Assembly: GCF_963921235.1 (NCBI RefSeq)
Contig: NC_086097.1
Location: 116,500,001 to 116,564,000, forward strand
Length of the DNA: 64,000 nt
From: Mobula hypostoma
Lineage: Eukaryota
Reading direction: 5' to 3'
In this document: positions 27,608 through 41,449 of the stretch, piece by piece
Position numbering within the stretch: position 1 is the stretch's first letter
Layout: each line of letters starts with the position of its first letter
Notes under the pieces: generated by a model
The model's input: only the letters and a program-made list of their open reading frames with translations
Told to the model about the DNA's origin: nothing
Database searches by the model: none
Position numbers and translations under genes: made by a program

Positions 27608-29202
27608 TGGATAACATGCAAAACCAAGATTTTCCCTGTATTTATTTACTTTATTTAGAGATAGAGCACAGAACAGGCTCCTCTGATCTATCGAGTTACT
27701 ACGCAGAGCAACCCACACGTTTAACCCTAGTCTAATCACGGAACAATTTACAATGACCACTGAACCTACTGTGGGAGGAAACCGCAGCACCGGAGGAAAC
27801 CCATGTGCTCACGGGAAGGATGTACAAACTTCTTACAGAGGGTACGACAATGGAACATCAAACGCCAATGCCCCAAGCTGTAATAACATTGTGTAAGTAC
27901 CATGATGCCTTTATTAGTACGTGTGACAATAATGAACCAATTAATCAATTTAAATTAAAGACTGGCAATCAGCTAATTAGTGTTATCCAATTCATAGTGT
28001 GGCTCATTGACCCTGGTCCAAAACCCATGGACATGTGAACAATAGGCCATTGAACAACAGTGTAGAGCAATCCACACAGAAAACACTGGAAATACTCTCC
28101 AGGTCAGGCAGCATCTGTGAAAAAGAGAAACAGTTGATGCTTCAGATCAAAGACCATTCACCAAAACTGGGAGAGGAAGCAAGTTAGTCAGTTTGGTAGA
28201 GAAAGTGGAGGAGGGAAACGAGTGGAACAAAGGGGATGCGTGTAATAGGGTGAAATGGTGGGCAGCCATTAAATGGGCAGTTTAGCTCTTTGGCCTGTGT
28301 GTTGTGAAGCTGACGCCGTGAAGTCTGGCCACTATGATGAATCCTTACCCCTTTCCATCCCCTCAGTTCCTGCTCATCGCCTCAAGAGCTCAAGAGCTCT
28401 TTGCAATGCTGTTCTCAAAAACATAAGAGTGTCATTTTCTGTGTTGGCCGACACAAGTATGACAGTTTATCAATTCCTTCTTTGTCCACAGATTGCGACT
28501 ATCCCAATTCTGTGATATTGAGCTGAAAATGGATCAGGCCTTGTGCTCTGATGTGGGGAGGGGAGAAAGTAGAAATAAATCTCACATTCCCCATGTGCAG
28601 GTGTAATTGAGAAGACATTGTGGAATGGGGGAGAATTTGGATGGGAGAAAATAAAGTCTGTTTAATCTCACCAGTACACATTTTCACTGATGATCTAAAT
28701 AGACACCAAGACATTGTCAAATTGCTTTTATATTCTCTCTGTCACATACTTACAACTTAAAATGATAGCATAGCTGTTAGTGCAACACTCTTACAGCTCC
28801 ATGCTTTCTCTGGAGTTCAGAGATCACCACCTGTAGTGAGTCTGTGAGTTCTCACCCTGAACGGTGCAGGTTTTCTCCGGCTGCTCCAATTTCCACCCAC
28901 AGCCCAAAGATGTACAAGTCAGTATTTTAATTGGTCATTGTAAACTGTCCTGTGATTAGTCTAGGGTCAAATAGGTTGGTTGCTGAGCTGTAGAGCTTGA
29001 TGGGCTGGAAAGAGCCTGTTCCGCTCTGCATCACCAAACAAATGAATAATATCACATGCCCGATTGTAAAACTTATCTCTTGCAACACTTTAAGAGTTCA
29101 ATAGGTATGTTTAATGTCAGAGAAATGTATACAATATACATCCTGAAATTCTTTTTCTTCGCAAACAACCATGATAACAGAGTACTGCCCCAAAGAATAA
29201 CG

Positions 29203-29895
29203 ATTAGATTAGATTAGATTAGATTATGAGGACACTCAGTCCTCATTTATTGTCATTTAGAAATGCATGCAAGCATTAGGAAATAGTACAATGTTCCTCC
29301 AGAGTGAGAGCACAAAAAAAACTCGACAAACCAAAGACTAACACTGACAAGACCACATAATTATAACATATAGTTACAGCAGTGCAAAACAGTACCATAA
29401 TTTGATAAAGAGCAGACCATGGGAATGGTAAAAAAAAAGTCTCAAAGTTCCGAATGACTCCCGATAGTCACAATAGCAGGTGGCAGAAGGGAGAAACTCT
29501 CTCTGCCATAAACCTCCAGGCACCAACAACTGTCGATGCATTGGAAGCACCCGACCACAGCCGACACTGAGTCCGTCCAAAAACTACGAGTCTCCGACCA
29601 GCCCTTCGACACCGAGCACCGAGCGCCATCTCTGCTGAGCGCTTCGAATCCGTCCCGGCCACCGAGCAACAAGCAAAGCCGAGGACTTGGTGCCTTCCCC
29701 TCCGAACATTCAGGATCACACAGTAACAAAGGTAGTGAAATAGGCATTTCAGAAGTTTGTGCAGATGTTCCTCCATTCTCTCACATCTGTCTCCATCAAA
29801 TCAGGATTGTGCACGGCACCCTGCTTAACAGATAACAGATATCATTCACCGGAGTGGCCGTGCAAGCTGCGTCGCGCCACCATCTTCTCCTCCTC
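29203..29895 (-). mobile_element. ORF-less non-LTR-like retroelement with (AATCT)n tail and AAGATGG head
   Basis: (gatta)n at 29202-29226; reverse complement starts ggaggagaagatggtggcg; homologous to 47462-48150 and 58989-59607. Confidence 0.8.
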
Positions 29896-30062
29896 CTGAA
29901 TGACAGCTAAATTTAGAACTCCAAAGCTCCCCCAGCTCCCCCCACCCATGCACAAGCAGCAGTATGGCAATGACACCCCCACCCCAAGCACTCAAGCGTG
30001 CCGCAAAGCATCAATAAAGACACAGATTTATAGTACCCCAAAGACTACTCATTTACCCAATA

Positions 30063-31609
30063 CACGTTTCCCCTGCCATCTGAAGGTAGAGCATTCCTAT
30101 GAAACGGTTCATAAGCCAAAATGTCGTAAAGCGAAGAAGCAATTACTATTTATTTATACGGGAAAATTTTGTGAGTGTTCGCAGACCCAAAAATATCCTA
30201 CCAAATCATGCCAAATAACACATAAAACCTAAAATAACAGTAACATATAGTAAAAGCAGGAATGATATGATAAATACACAACCTATATAAAGTAGAAATA
30301 CTTTTCCACAATCATTACTGAACCATTCTCCGTAGCGAAAATCTCACGCAAGCGCTGTTGGCAAGAACACTCTCTCCAGTAACCTTTAAGCTATGAAGCT
30401 GCTAAATCATACCAAATAACACATAAAAATACACAGCCTATATAAAGTAGAAATAATGTATGTACAGTGTAGTATCACTTACCGGAATCGGGACAGCGCC
30501 AAGCAGACTGATGATGGTGTGTTAGACTGAGTTGTCGCAGGCTGTCTGGTGCAGTGGCCCCCACCTTCCAGGCCACCAACCGATACCGATCTGCGAAGCA
30601 TGCTGGGGTCCAGCGGTAGCCGGGAGGTACACAGCACATCTTTAAGAAAAAAGCTGAAACAAACATGCTAATTAATTAGGTGCCACCGACACGTAATTGT
30701 CGACCCAGATCAGAGACGACGCAATTGGAAATCGGCACTGATCTGGGCCGACAATTACGTTTCGGCGGCACCTAATTAATTAGCATGTTAATTTCGGCTT
30801 TTTTCTTAACGATGTGCTGTGTGCCTCTTGGCTACTTTTGCATTCTCCGCGAATCAGTATCTGTCCGCGGCCTGAGGGTTGAGGTGGTGGGACACTGGGG
30901 TGTCATCTCGTCATCTGTTTCCATTAGGGCAGGCAGCTCATCTTCTTCTATCTCTGCCCGCCTCGATGTCGCAGGTAGAGGTTCGTCGTCTGATGTGGCT
31001 GATGTGGAAGGCTTGCTTGACTGCTGAGCCTCGCGCATTTTTCTATCACACAGTTCTTCAACAAGGACTCAAACCATCCTGAAAATATCTCCTAAACTGA
31101 TGTACTCTTTCAAAATTAAAGTCATACTTTATCATTACTTATTGGGTTTCGATTATTATCCTTTTTTCTTCCAATTGCATCAGCTCTTCATCTGTCAGTT
31201 CTTGGTGAGGGGATGCCAAAACCTCTTCAACATCATGTTCGTCAGCTTCCACAAGCCAAACTCACATTGTCCTTACGTCGTTCACCACGTTCAAAATGTT
31301 TAATTATGTCTAGTTTTACCATAAGTGTAACATCCTTACGCGCTCTTTCAGGCTTTTCCGATACCATAGAACTCATCTTGCAAATGGCTGCTCACAGGCA
31401 CGTGTTAAGGCAATGCCGTTCCGAATCCGGAGGTGAGTGGCTGCTCGGGGCGCGCTGCCTTTTATCGCGCGCTAATTTTTTATCACACGCTGAATTTTTG
31501 TTTCGTAACAGTGAAAACACCTTCTGAGAGTGAAAACAGGGTACTAATGTAGGTCTTTCGTAACAGTGAAGTTTCGTAAAGTGAACGTTCGAAAAGCGGG
31601 GGACACCTG
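30063..31609 (-). mobile_element. Internally deleted Tigger/pogo-type DNA transposon
   Basis: TA at both sides (30061-62, 31610-11); imperfect TIRs CACGTTTCCCC / CAGGTGTCCCC; minus-strand MVSEKPERARKDVTLMVKLDIIKHFERGERRKD (CENP-B/psq HTH) near 31367-31265 and acidic C-terminal remnant; no DDD core. Confidence 0.85.
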
Positions 31610-32549
31610 TATTCGACATACCACAGGCTTTCTTTCTCTCCCTAATAAGGGAAAAAGAGGTGTCCCTGTTTCAGAGTGAAAGGGGAGATATAATAAAACA
31701 ACTCACTGATTTATGGTGTTAAAAGTCCGTTGCGTCGCTTTTTCCAAACTCTGTGATTCTGGGCACACAGCTAACAGCAAGCCCACTGCCTCTGATCTTT
31801 CTTACTCTCCTGTGACGCATCAGTTGGTGGCACCAGCCTTGAATCAGCCCACCTCCAGAGCCATGAAAATCTTGCACGTTGAAGTTGCGCTAGCCTTCCA
31901 GGCCACGTGCTTGACATATCGAAAAGTGGCCGCTCATGAGGCCCTGAGAGCAGGTCCCATTCCCGCAAAGAACTGAAGTCGGAGTGTAATGCCAAATCAG
32001 GGTTATCAAAGGAACCTTGGAAAGGAAAAAAATAGGTATCAAAGATAAAAATAAAGCTGTTTCCAAAGATGGTAGCAAAGGAGTAGCCATTGAGAGCCAT
32101 CATCACTAAGTTGGAAGTTGACTTTAAGTTACACTAAACAGACACAACATCAGGACCATCACTTAAGTATACAATCAATGAACAGGTTGGGAAAAGCTGG
32201 CAGCGCTCTCCATTCATTGAAATCAGCAGCTGCTACCAGTTTAATATCTTGACTGCAATGCAATGAATGGGCATGTCATAATCATGTACTAGAACCCTCA
32301 AAGCCATTCAGTCCTGACAGTACATTCAATCCAGACCAGATGGGCTGAAGGGCCTGTTTCTGTGCTGCCATGGTATATGACTCTGGTATCTGATGAATTA
32401 AAACCACATTAATTATTTTAAATGCTAATTCAGAAACAGTTCAGAATCAAAATCAAATTTATCATTATAGACATATCTAGTGAAATCCGGTGTTTTGTGG
32501 CAGCAGTGCAATACGTAAAAAGGGACTTAACTTAAAAGGAAATAAAAAT

Positions 32550-33102
32550 AAATACTTAGTAGGAACCTTCAATCAGTGGCCTCTTCAGTAGCTACAATGG
32601 CCACTGAGTATATCTTCGTGATCTTCTGTTGCTGTAGCCTATCCACTTCAAGGTTTGACATCTGTATTCAGAAATGCTCTTCTGCACATCGCTGTTGTAA
32701 CATATGGTTATTGGGTTACTGATGCTTTCCCGTCAGCTTTAACCTGTCTAACCACTCTCCTAACTTTTCCCATTAACAAGGTATTTTCACCCACTGAACT
32801 GCAGCTCACTGGAAGTTTTTTTTTATTTCTCACACTATTCTCTGTAAACTCTACAGATGGTTGTGTGTGAAAATCCAAAGACATCCACAGTTTCTGAAAT
32901 GCTCACACTACCCTGTCTGGCACCAAAAATCACTCCATTGTCAATTTCACTTAGATCACATTTCTTTCACTTTCTAATATTTGGTCTAAAGAATGACTGA
33001 ATCTCTTGATCATGTCTGCATCACTTTATGCATTGAGTTGCTGCCACAGAATTGGCTGATTAGAGAATTGCATCAATAAGCAGGTATGAAGTGACCACTG
33101 AG
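32550..33102 (-). mobile_element. Non-autonomous Tc1-like element
   Basis: Reverse complement of the 5062/9679 family; ends aagtgaccactgag. Confidence 0.75.
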
Positions 33103-33399
33103 CTGGGGGAGGCCCTGGTGGCTCTGAGCAAATACCACATTTGGCATAAGTTCCCATTGCTGCATTCTATCTGGAATGGCAAGAGGATGACATGTCTCTC
33201 AAAGTCCAACCCTACGTCCCCACCATGAAAGGTGGAAATTGGTAAGGCCGGCTAGCAGGGATCTGGTGAAGCTGTACAGGCCAGTCTCCTGTACAGTGGA
33301 TAGAATGGATTTCAGAAACGTTGATGAACTCCAACCATACCATCGACTTTGTGAGTAGAGTCTAATCATTGAGAAGGCATGTGATACAGCACAGGGAAA

Positions 33400-36090
33400 G
33401 TCATCGGGATCCTTCACAGTCACCAAAGTCCATTTCTACCTTGGGTACTTGGACCGTGAAAACCACGTACCAGGCAGGAAAATCCACCATCATTGGAAAT
33501 GAGATAAAAAAGTATAAACTGTCAATTCTTGAAGTGAGTGACACAAGACGGACATCATCTGGAGAAACTCGACTGACAGGCAGGACAAGTATCGTCTGCT
33601 CAGGCTACCAGAGCAATGATGCACTACATAGAGAGGGAGCAGCCTTCATGATGACACCAGAAGCACGTAGAGCCATCATCTCATGGGAAGCCATCAGTTG
33701 CAGAATCATTGCTGCTAGCTTTAAAACCAAGTACTAGAAGGTAACAGCTCAAGTTATCCCACGTTACGCACCAAAAGATGGCACTAATGAAGAAGACAAA
33801 GATGAGTTCTGCAATGCATTCAGTGGAAAAAGACCTGATTTTTATCATGGGAGATTTTACTGCCAAAATAGACATGGATAATACAGGATCTGTACGAGTC
33901 ATGAGGAAAATGTGTCTCAGAGAAATGAATGAAAATGAGGAACGATTTGCTTAAACTTATGCTAACTTCAATCTAGTTATTGGAGGAAGTTTATTCCCAC
34001 ACAAGGCAACATGGTTGTCACCAAACAAGATAACAGAGAACCAGATCAAGAATGTATGCATCTCAAAGAAGTTTCAAAAATCACCATTTCTGATCACCAA
34101 AGTACAGATGCAGCTAAAAAGAAGCTACACACCACCCAATCAGTGACTAAAACACAATGTGAACTACCTGAAAGACAAAGGAACAGCTTGGAGATTTGCC
34201 CTCACAATTTCCGACAAGTTCAACACACTTGAGGAACTTGATATTGAAGATACATGGACTGCTTTCAAAGAGGCGATAAATGAAACTTGTAAGGAAGTGC
34301 TGGGAAAAAGGGCAATGAGCATAAGGAGTGGATTACAACAGGAGTGAGGGGAACAATTACCAAGAGGCAAAACTAAAAGAAAAATGCAACAAAAGCAGAA
34401 CTAGGAATGAGAAAATAGAGGCACATGAAGGGTGTGCAAGGAAGTAAGAAGAAACATCAAGAGGGACAGGAGAGAATACATCTGCATTCCAAGCAGAAGT
34501 GCCAGCAAATGGACATATGAAAGAACTATACGATACTATCAAGAAACTAGCCAGCAAATTCAACAAGATCAACATCCAAGAGGAGGTTAAAGATGGAAAT
34601 GTCCGAACTAAAGAAGATAAACAGCTCCAACACTGGACACAGCCCTTCAATGAACTTCTGAACAGACCACCTCCTCCAGAATCTCCGTTAATTCCAGAAG
34701 CACCATCAGACTTGGATGTCAACTGTTTCAAGCCAACGAAGAAGAACATCAATGAAGTTAAAGACAGGAAAAGCAGCCGGCCCAGACAGCTTACCACCGG
34801 AGGCATTGAAGGCAGATCCTAAACTTTCAGCAGATATCCTATACACTTTCTTCTACAACACCTGGGACAAAGAAGAGATGCCACAAGAGTGGAAGGAAAG
34901 TCACATAATCAAGCTGCCAAAGAAACTGTAAAAAACTACAGAGCTATATCCTTAACGTCTGTGGTTGGAAAAGTGCTAAATAGAATTATTCTGTGTTGCC
35001 TTCAACAAGCTGTTGAATCAATATTAATGGATCAACAAGCAGGTAGATCCCTTAAGAATAATCATAGAGCAGTCAGTCGAATGGAATATTTCTCTCTATG
35101 TCAACTTCATCAACTATGGGAAAGCCTTCAATAGCTTCAACAGAAACTAATGAAACATTATGGAACACCACAGAAATTTGTCAATATCATCAGAAACTCC
35201 TACAACAACATTTCCTGCAAAGTCATACATGTGGGAAACTGTCAGAAAGCTTGCATGTCAACACTGGGGTGAAGCAGGGATGTCTGATGGCTCCTTTCCT
35301 GTTCCTGTTGGCAACAGACTGGATTATGAAACAGACAACAAGTGAAAAATGAAATGGAAGCCAGTGGACTATGTGGCAGCAACTAGAGTTTGCAGGTGTC
35401 TAGCTCTAACCCTCTCGACCGCTAACTCCATCATGCTAGGTCTATGACCAAATGTAGGTAGAATGAAAGTGACGAAGATAAACTGCACCAGCAATAGACA
35501 CACAGTGATTATACAACCCTGGAAGAAGTGACTTCCTTTGTCTATCTTGGAAGCATTTTTAGTGTATATGGTGGACTGGATAAGGAGGCCAAAGCCAGGA
35601 TCAACAATGCCAGAATAGGTTTCAACATCTTGAAGAAAACGTGGACAGACAGAGTCATATCAAAGAAAACCAAAATCAGAATCTTCAACTCAAATGTTAA
35701 AACAGTGCTCCTATATGGCTCTGAAACCTGGAGAACAACAAAAAAAAAACTGCAGGCTATCATCGACCAGTGCCTGAGATCGATCTTCAAGATCAGATGG
35801 ACTGACAAAGTAACCAACCAGACTCTGTGGGAAAACACCAAAAATCCAATGAAATCCATGAATACACAACCAGAAATGGAGGTGGATTGGCCACACTTTG
35901 AGGAAACCAACCAAAAACATCACCAGGCAGGCATTAAAATGGAATCTCCAAGAAAAGAGGTAAAAGTCAGGTCCAAAGAACACATGGAGGAGGTATGCTG
36001 AGGTTGAAATTAAATGATTGGGACACTCCTGGTCCACCCTCGAGAAACTGGCTCAGAACAGGGGATGATGGAGGCGAGAGGCTTGTGCTC
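33400..36090 (+). mobile_element. Decayed RTE-clade LINE (APE + RT)
   Basis: LGTWTVKT..YKLSILEVSDTR, GKAAGPDSLPPEALK, GVKQGCLMAPFLF, KTKIRIFNSNVKTVLLYGSETW. Confidence 0.9.
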
Positions 36091-36415
36091 CAGATTTCAG
36101 CAAGGCATTTGATAAGGTACCCCATGCCAGGCTTATTGAGAAAGTAAGGAGGCATGGGATCCAAGGGGACATTGCTTTGTGGATCCAGAACTAGCTTGCC
36201 CACAGAAGGCAAAGAGTGGTTGTAGACGGGTCATATTCTGTATGGGGGTCGGTGACCAGTGGTGTGCCTCTGGGATCTGTTCTGGGACCCTTACCCTTCA
36301 TGATGTTTATTAGTACCTGTATGAGGAAGTGGAGGGATGGGTTAGTAAATTTGCTGATGACACAAAGGTTGGAGGTGTTGTGGATAATGAGGAGAGCCGT
36401 CAGAGGTTACAGCGA
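36090..36415 (+). mobile_element. CR1 RT fragment
   Basis: VVDGSYSVWGSVTSGVPLGSVLGP and aaatttgctgatgacacaaag (KFADDTK). Confidence 0.8.
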
Positions 36416-38839
36416 GGTTACAGATGTTTTCCTGCATTTGCTTATTTAATGCCTTTTTCATTAACAAGTCCTTTCAAACCACAACCTATGTTTCTTAGTT
36501 GCTGACATAAACAAGTTGATGAAGCTCTTAATTAATAACTGTTTTCCATCTGGATTCAATCACTTACCAATGAATGTGTAGAACCTCCTGCTGCCTTCTC
36601 AGGATGTGGAAAATAGCATTCTACAGGTCAGTAAGCTCTGGTCAAATTTACCTTGAAATAAATTGCAATGAGTACAATGAGTGTTAGAGATCACAAAAAA
36701 AGCACAATAAACCAGGCAATGCAAAAGTAAGAATCAATCTATTTTTATACCAATTCTATAGGCAATTAAAATCTCCCTTGGATAGAACAGCTGGAGCTCC
36801 ACTGCTGTTGGCTTTCAAGACAGGCTGCTTTGTACAAATGATACGAATTCCAGGTCACCCATGGAGCTAATTTAGAATGGTAAGAGCTAATTGTCAGAAC
36901 TTGTGTGTTATTCCACAGGATTTCTCTCAACTTGGCTTTTGAAAGTAAACATCAAAACATGGTCTAACCTCTATTATGCTTAGTGTAATAATGAAGGCTG
37001 ACACATCTCCCTTTCAGAAGAAAGTTCCTCAGGTGAAACAAAATATATTAAGCATGTGCATTAATAGAAAGACTTTTCAAACACCTAACAACTTAATTGT
37101 AATTGATTCTCATTACAGTGCATTGCATCCTCATTGTATTGCAGCCTGACAATCTGCTGTTTACTATCTTAAATCTTAATGAATCTCCTATTTTACACTA
37201 ACCACTAAAAAATCTCTTGATTTGACACTGAGAGCTACGATCAAATACATTCAGGCACTCAGGAGAGCACAGAACGTGAGACAGAAGTGAACAAAATCAC
37301 CAGTCTAATAGAGGATTTCCAAACTAATATGTTGTCACTGTTTCTCTTTCATGTCTGACTTGTTGAATATTCACAGCACTTCTTTTTTGCTTTAATTCAG
37401 ATTTATAGCATCTGCAATTTTTTAATTTCAACAGCAGCCAACATTTTTATACCATCAGGTGCACAAGAGACTAGAAACACAAGAGATTCTGCAGATGCTG
37501 GAAATCCAGAGCAATGAACACTTAAGTGCTGGAGGAACTCAGCAGGTCAAGCAGATCCTGATAAGCAATTTTGGCCCAAATCGCTGATCATTTATTCCTC
37601 TCCAGAGATGCTGCCTGACCTACCGAGTTACTCCAGTATTTTGTATTTCTGGCTTAAAAAAGCAAGCTGGCTCAGAAAGAAATCAAACTTATCCAGCTTT
37701 GGCTGTTGTGTTCTTTGCAGCAGTAAATCTGATGTTCATGTTTGGACGATGATTTAAGCACTGGACCAAATTTTAAAAAGGTCAAGGTGTCGGGGCTGAG
37801 GTGAGGGATGGTCTGACTCATCTCGCTGCTCTGTGATATTTTACTCAGTTCTGTGCTGAACTGAGAGCCTGTGGATGGACTCTCTATCGTGGCCTTCAGT
37901 TCTGAATTCTGTTTACTTGCTTTTATTATTTGCACGATCTGCTTTTCTCCCACTTTGCACATTGGATATTTGACGGTCTTCTTTTTTAAAATGTTTTTCT
38001 TTTGGGTTTCTTTGTTTAGTGGCTGCCTGTAAGAAGATGAATCTCAAGTTTGTATAACGTATACATACATTGACAATAAATGTTGTTCGAACTTTGAACT
38101 TCTATTGATAACCTTCTAAGTTTATAACATCCACCATACTAGTTGAAATATTGTCCCTAGTCATCAGCAAGTTAGCTACACCGTAACATGATGAGGCATG
38201 ATACATGTCAGGAATAGAAATTTAAACATGGTAATGAAATTATGTTTACTTCAATGTTACATTCTAATCCCACTCAATCAATGAAGCTATTACATCAATA
38301 AATTAAATGGATCTGGTTAACGGAAGAGTTCCCACCTTCTTTATAATAACTGTGATGCTGGTAGAGTTGCTGTTACTCAAAACTTCAAAAGAAGGTGTGA
38401 TAACACCTCTGCTTTTGTCAATATTAGCAAAGATTCAGCATGACAACGAAAACTTTGACAAACGTTTAGAGATGTACAGTAGAGAGTATTCTGATTGGTT
38501 GTATCATGTCCTCGTATGGAAACACTAATGCTATTGAATGGAAAAAGCCTACAAAAAGCAGTGGATACTGCCGAGGCCATCCTGGATAAAGCTCTCCTGA
38601 CCATTGGGCAATCTCATGAGGAGTTTTTCATGATTATATTGTATTTCATTGTTCTGCTCTGAATGCCCACAAGAACATGAATCTCTGGTTAGTACATGGT
38701 GACACAGATGTATTTTAATAATAAACTTACGTTGAATTTTGTACTTTTGAACTTTGATATTGCAGCGCTACCTGGCTAGACAGCACAGCAAGAGTAATTA
38801 CAGCCAGCCATTAACTCAAATTTACAACTTCTGTGTTCA

Positions 38840-39190
38840 TTTGAGGGTGGCAAGGTGGAGATACGTCTCTACCAAAAGAGATGTAAGGTGCTTCTTTCCT
38901 CTGCTAGCCTGCAGGTCACTCTTGGGCAAGATGTAGCACCTGCTTAGCCCCCGATCAGGGTCATGTGAAGCCATAGCAGCAGGTGGTGGATATCACAAGT
39001 CCTGATTATGTGACCACTGACGCCAAGCATACAGTTTCTGAAGAGTATTAATAATGGCTGGGGTCACCTGTCTTGTAAAGACACTGCCCTGAAGGAGACA
39101 ATGGGTAAAAAACTTCTGAAGAAAAATTTGCCAAGAACAATCATGGTTATTGGAAAGACCATGGTCACCCATGTCATATGAAACTGCACA
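38840..39190 (+). repeat. ~350-bp interspersed repeat (probably RTE-related non-autonomous element)
   Basis: Second copy at 43755-44100 (ggtggcaag.tggagatac.tctctaccaaa ... aagaacaatcatgg). Confidence 0.65.
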
Positions 39191-41449
39191 TAGTTGTAGT
39201 AGTCAGACATCAATCCCAGAGGATCATAGGCTTACGCCTCTGGTAGACTGTGTCTACAGGGCGCAAAGATTTGAAGAACCGGCTGTTGTCCATGCGGTGG
39301 GTTCCACACCTCCACGTCACTGACGTAGTCCAAGGGAAGGGCAAGTGCTGATACAGCGCGGCACCGCAGAGGTTGCCAGAGTGAAGTTATAAACAACATC
39401 AAACTGCCTTAGGGACCTCAGCTCCGGAATTCTTCCTCGGGATTTACTCTCGAAGCCTTTCCCTTGGGTCGGTATGGGTGGGTATGGCTGGAAGGCAGCA
39501 GAGGTTTAAAATCAGAGTTTTCCTTCTGACAAGCCCCACCTGCCCAGCATTGCACATAATAATAATGATAATGTTTTCATTTGAGCACATGTGTATGTCC
39601 AGAGGATAAAATCCAGATTTGGCATACCTGATATAATAATACAATATAATTTTAAAAGAACATTGCAAATACTGTTTTGAAAGATTCTGCTTTTCAGATT
39701 TATTAATCACATGTGTCACAAGTGACGATATTGAAGTTGTTTTGCCTGAGCAGACGGACCTGAACTCCAAAAGCAATTAATTGTATGCAAGGAGCTTTGG
39801 AAACCACGCAGGCAATATGATGTGATGCAATTAAAAGGCTTCTTCCAGAGTGATTAGTTATTTTTTTTTTCTCTTCTCCTTTAGTCTGTTCAGAAATTGG
39901 CTTTGGGCCTATATTCTCTGGAGTTCAGAAGAACGAGAGGGAAACTCATTTAAACCTATCAAATATTGAAAGGCCTGGATAGAGAGGATATGGAGAGAAT
40001 GTTTCCTATAGTGGCAGAGCCTAGGACTAGAGGGCACAGCGTCAGAGTACAAGCATGTTCCTTTCGAACAGAGATAAGAAATAAGTTCTTTAACCACAGG
40101 CTGATGATAACATCCAGTGATGAGATGCCAAACAGTCTCACTGGACTGCTGGCCTGATATCTGACCATATACACATTGCTGGCCTTCAAACACGGAGTGG
40201 AGACTGAGACTCCGGCCTGTTCTCTAATTTCCCAGACATTCCTGTCCCTAAACTCTAATATGACACCTAACTCCCCTGTCTGCCATCCAAACCATCTTTA
40301 CAAATCTAAAAAAAAGCAAAAAAGCAACGAAAACTGAGTTGCAACCTCAACTTGATTATGCAGCTTGGTGCTATTTCGTTGGCTTTTGATTGTATTGCAG
40401 AGTGAAGACAACAAGTGGAATGCAGCAAACTAAGGCTGTTGATCAGTTTATGGGTTCATTACTTAAAGTTGTCTAATAAGCCTGAGGGATTCTATCGTTC
40501 AACAGTAGAGCAAAGATTGTGCCAGCAAAGGGACTTCTCCAGCAGGACTGTGGTCTTCAGATACTGGATTTAGTTCTGCAGCCATTTTAATGCTCTCAGC
40601 GAACCAAGAAAGGTGAACACACCCACATAGTCACCCACTTCAGAGGTTATCATTAGCTTTCTTTTGTTATCCTCACAATGCCAAGAGACTTTGTTATTAC
40701 GGATGAGGTTGAAAAACATGTAAAACATTTGGACAGTCAGTTAAGGGGCTAAGGACTACAGGAAGCCTGAAGAGGAGATAAGGCCTGAGGTAGATTAGCT
40801 AGGATAAGACTAATGGGGCTGAATAGTCTAATCCTGCTCTTGTTTGTGTTTTAAAGTTCTTTTCTCCTTAAACCTGCAAACCTATTTTAATGTTGCTTTA
40901 ACTGAGTGACTGACATATCAAAATTTGTAAACTGCCTCTCTCAGAGGAATTACTTAGTTATAGCCTGACAATTCTGGTTAAATATTTGTCAATCAATGGT
41001 TCACAGGTGGCTTCTAACAATGACATATCATCACCGCTGATTCATTTTATTATTCATTGGATCTTAAAAGCCATCTGCTCACACAATGTAAAATTAAGAT
41101 TGTTAAGGGAAATCAAATGATTAAAGAATCACATGAGACAGACTCAGGTACATTACAAATGTCAAAGGTTTATTGTTAACACCAACGCTTGTATGAGTGC
41201 CCCAGACAAATTCTTTGAAGAACAAAGGAATATCATATTTTTAATATATATATACATACATAAACATATAAAATATAATATGCAGAAAAATAATATTAAC
41301 AATTGACTCTGTACATTGCATGAACCAACCAGATATCTAATGAGGTACACAGAATGGCTGAACCATCTAATAGGCAGATAATAGATAGGTCCGTGTCATC
41401 CTAATCCTATGATTTTTGTTTTCTAAGCAGGGAGCAAATTCAGAATTCA

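Larger units (their letters stand above)
29095..32106 (-). repeat. Host non-autonomous repeat split into three pieces by two nested insertions
   Basis: Pieces at 29095-29200, 29896-30062, 31610-32106; left end resembles 43318 and 45135 (gttcaa...tatacaa); text rejoins across the Tigger TA site (tttacccaaTA|ttcgacata). Confidence 0.55.

Noticed and set aside
26611..27735. Plus-strand ORFs of 230 aa and 137 aa
   Set aside because: Antisense shadows of the intact CR1 RT frame; no independent evidence
29374..29835. Overlapping ~100-aa ORFs here and at 47546-48056 and 58979-59477
   Set aside because: Frames are not conserved among homologous copies; by-product of GC-rich repeat sequence
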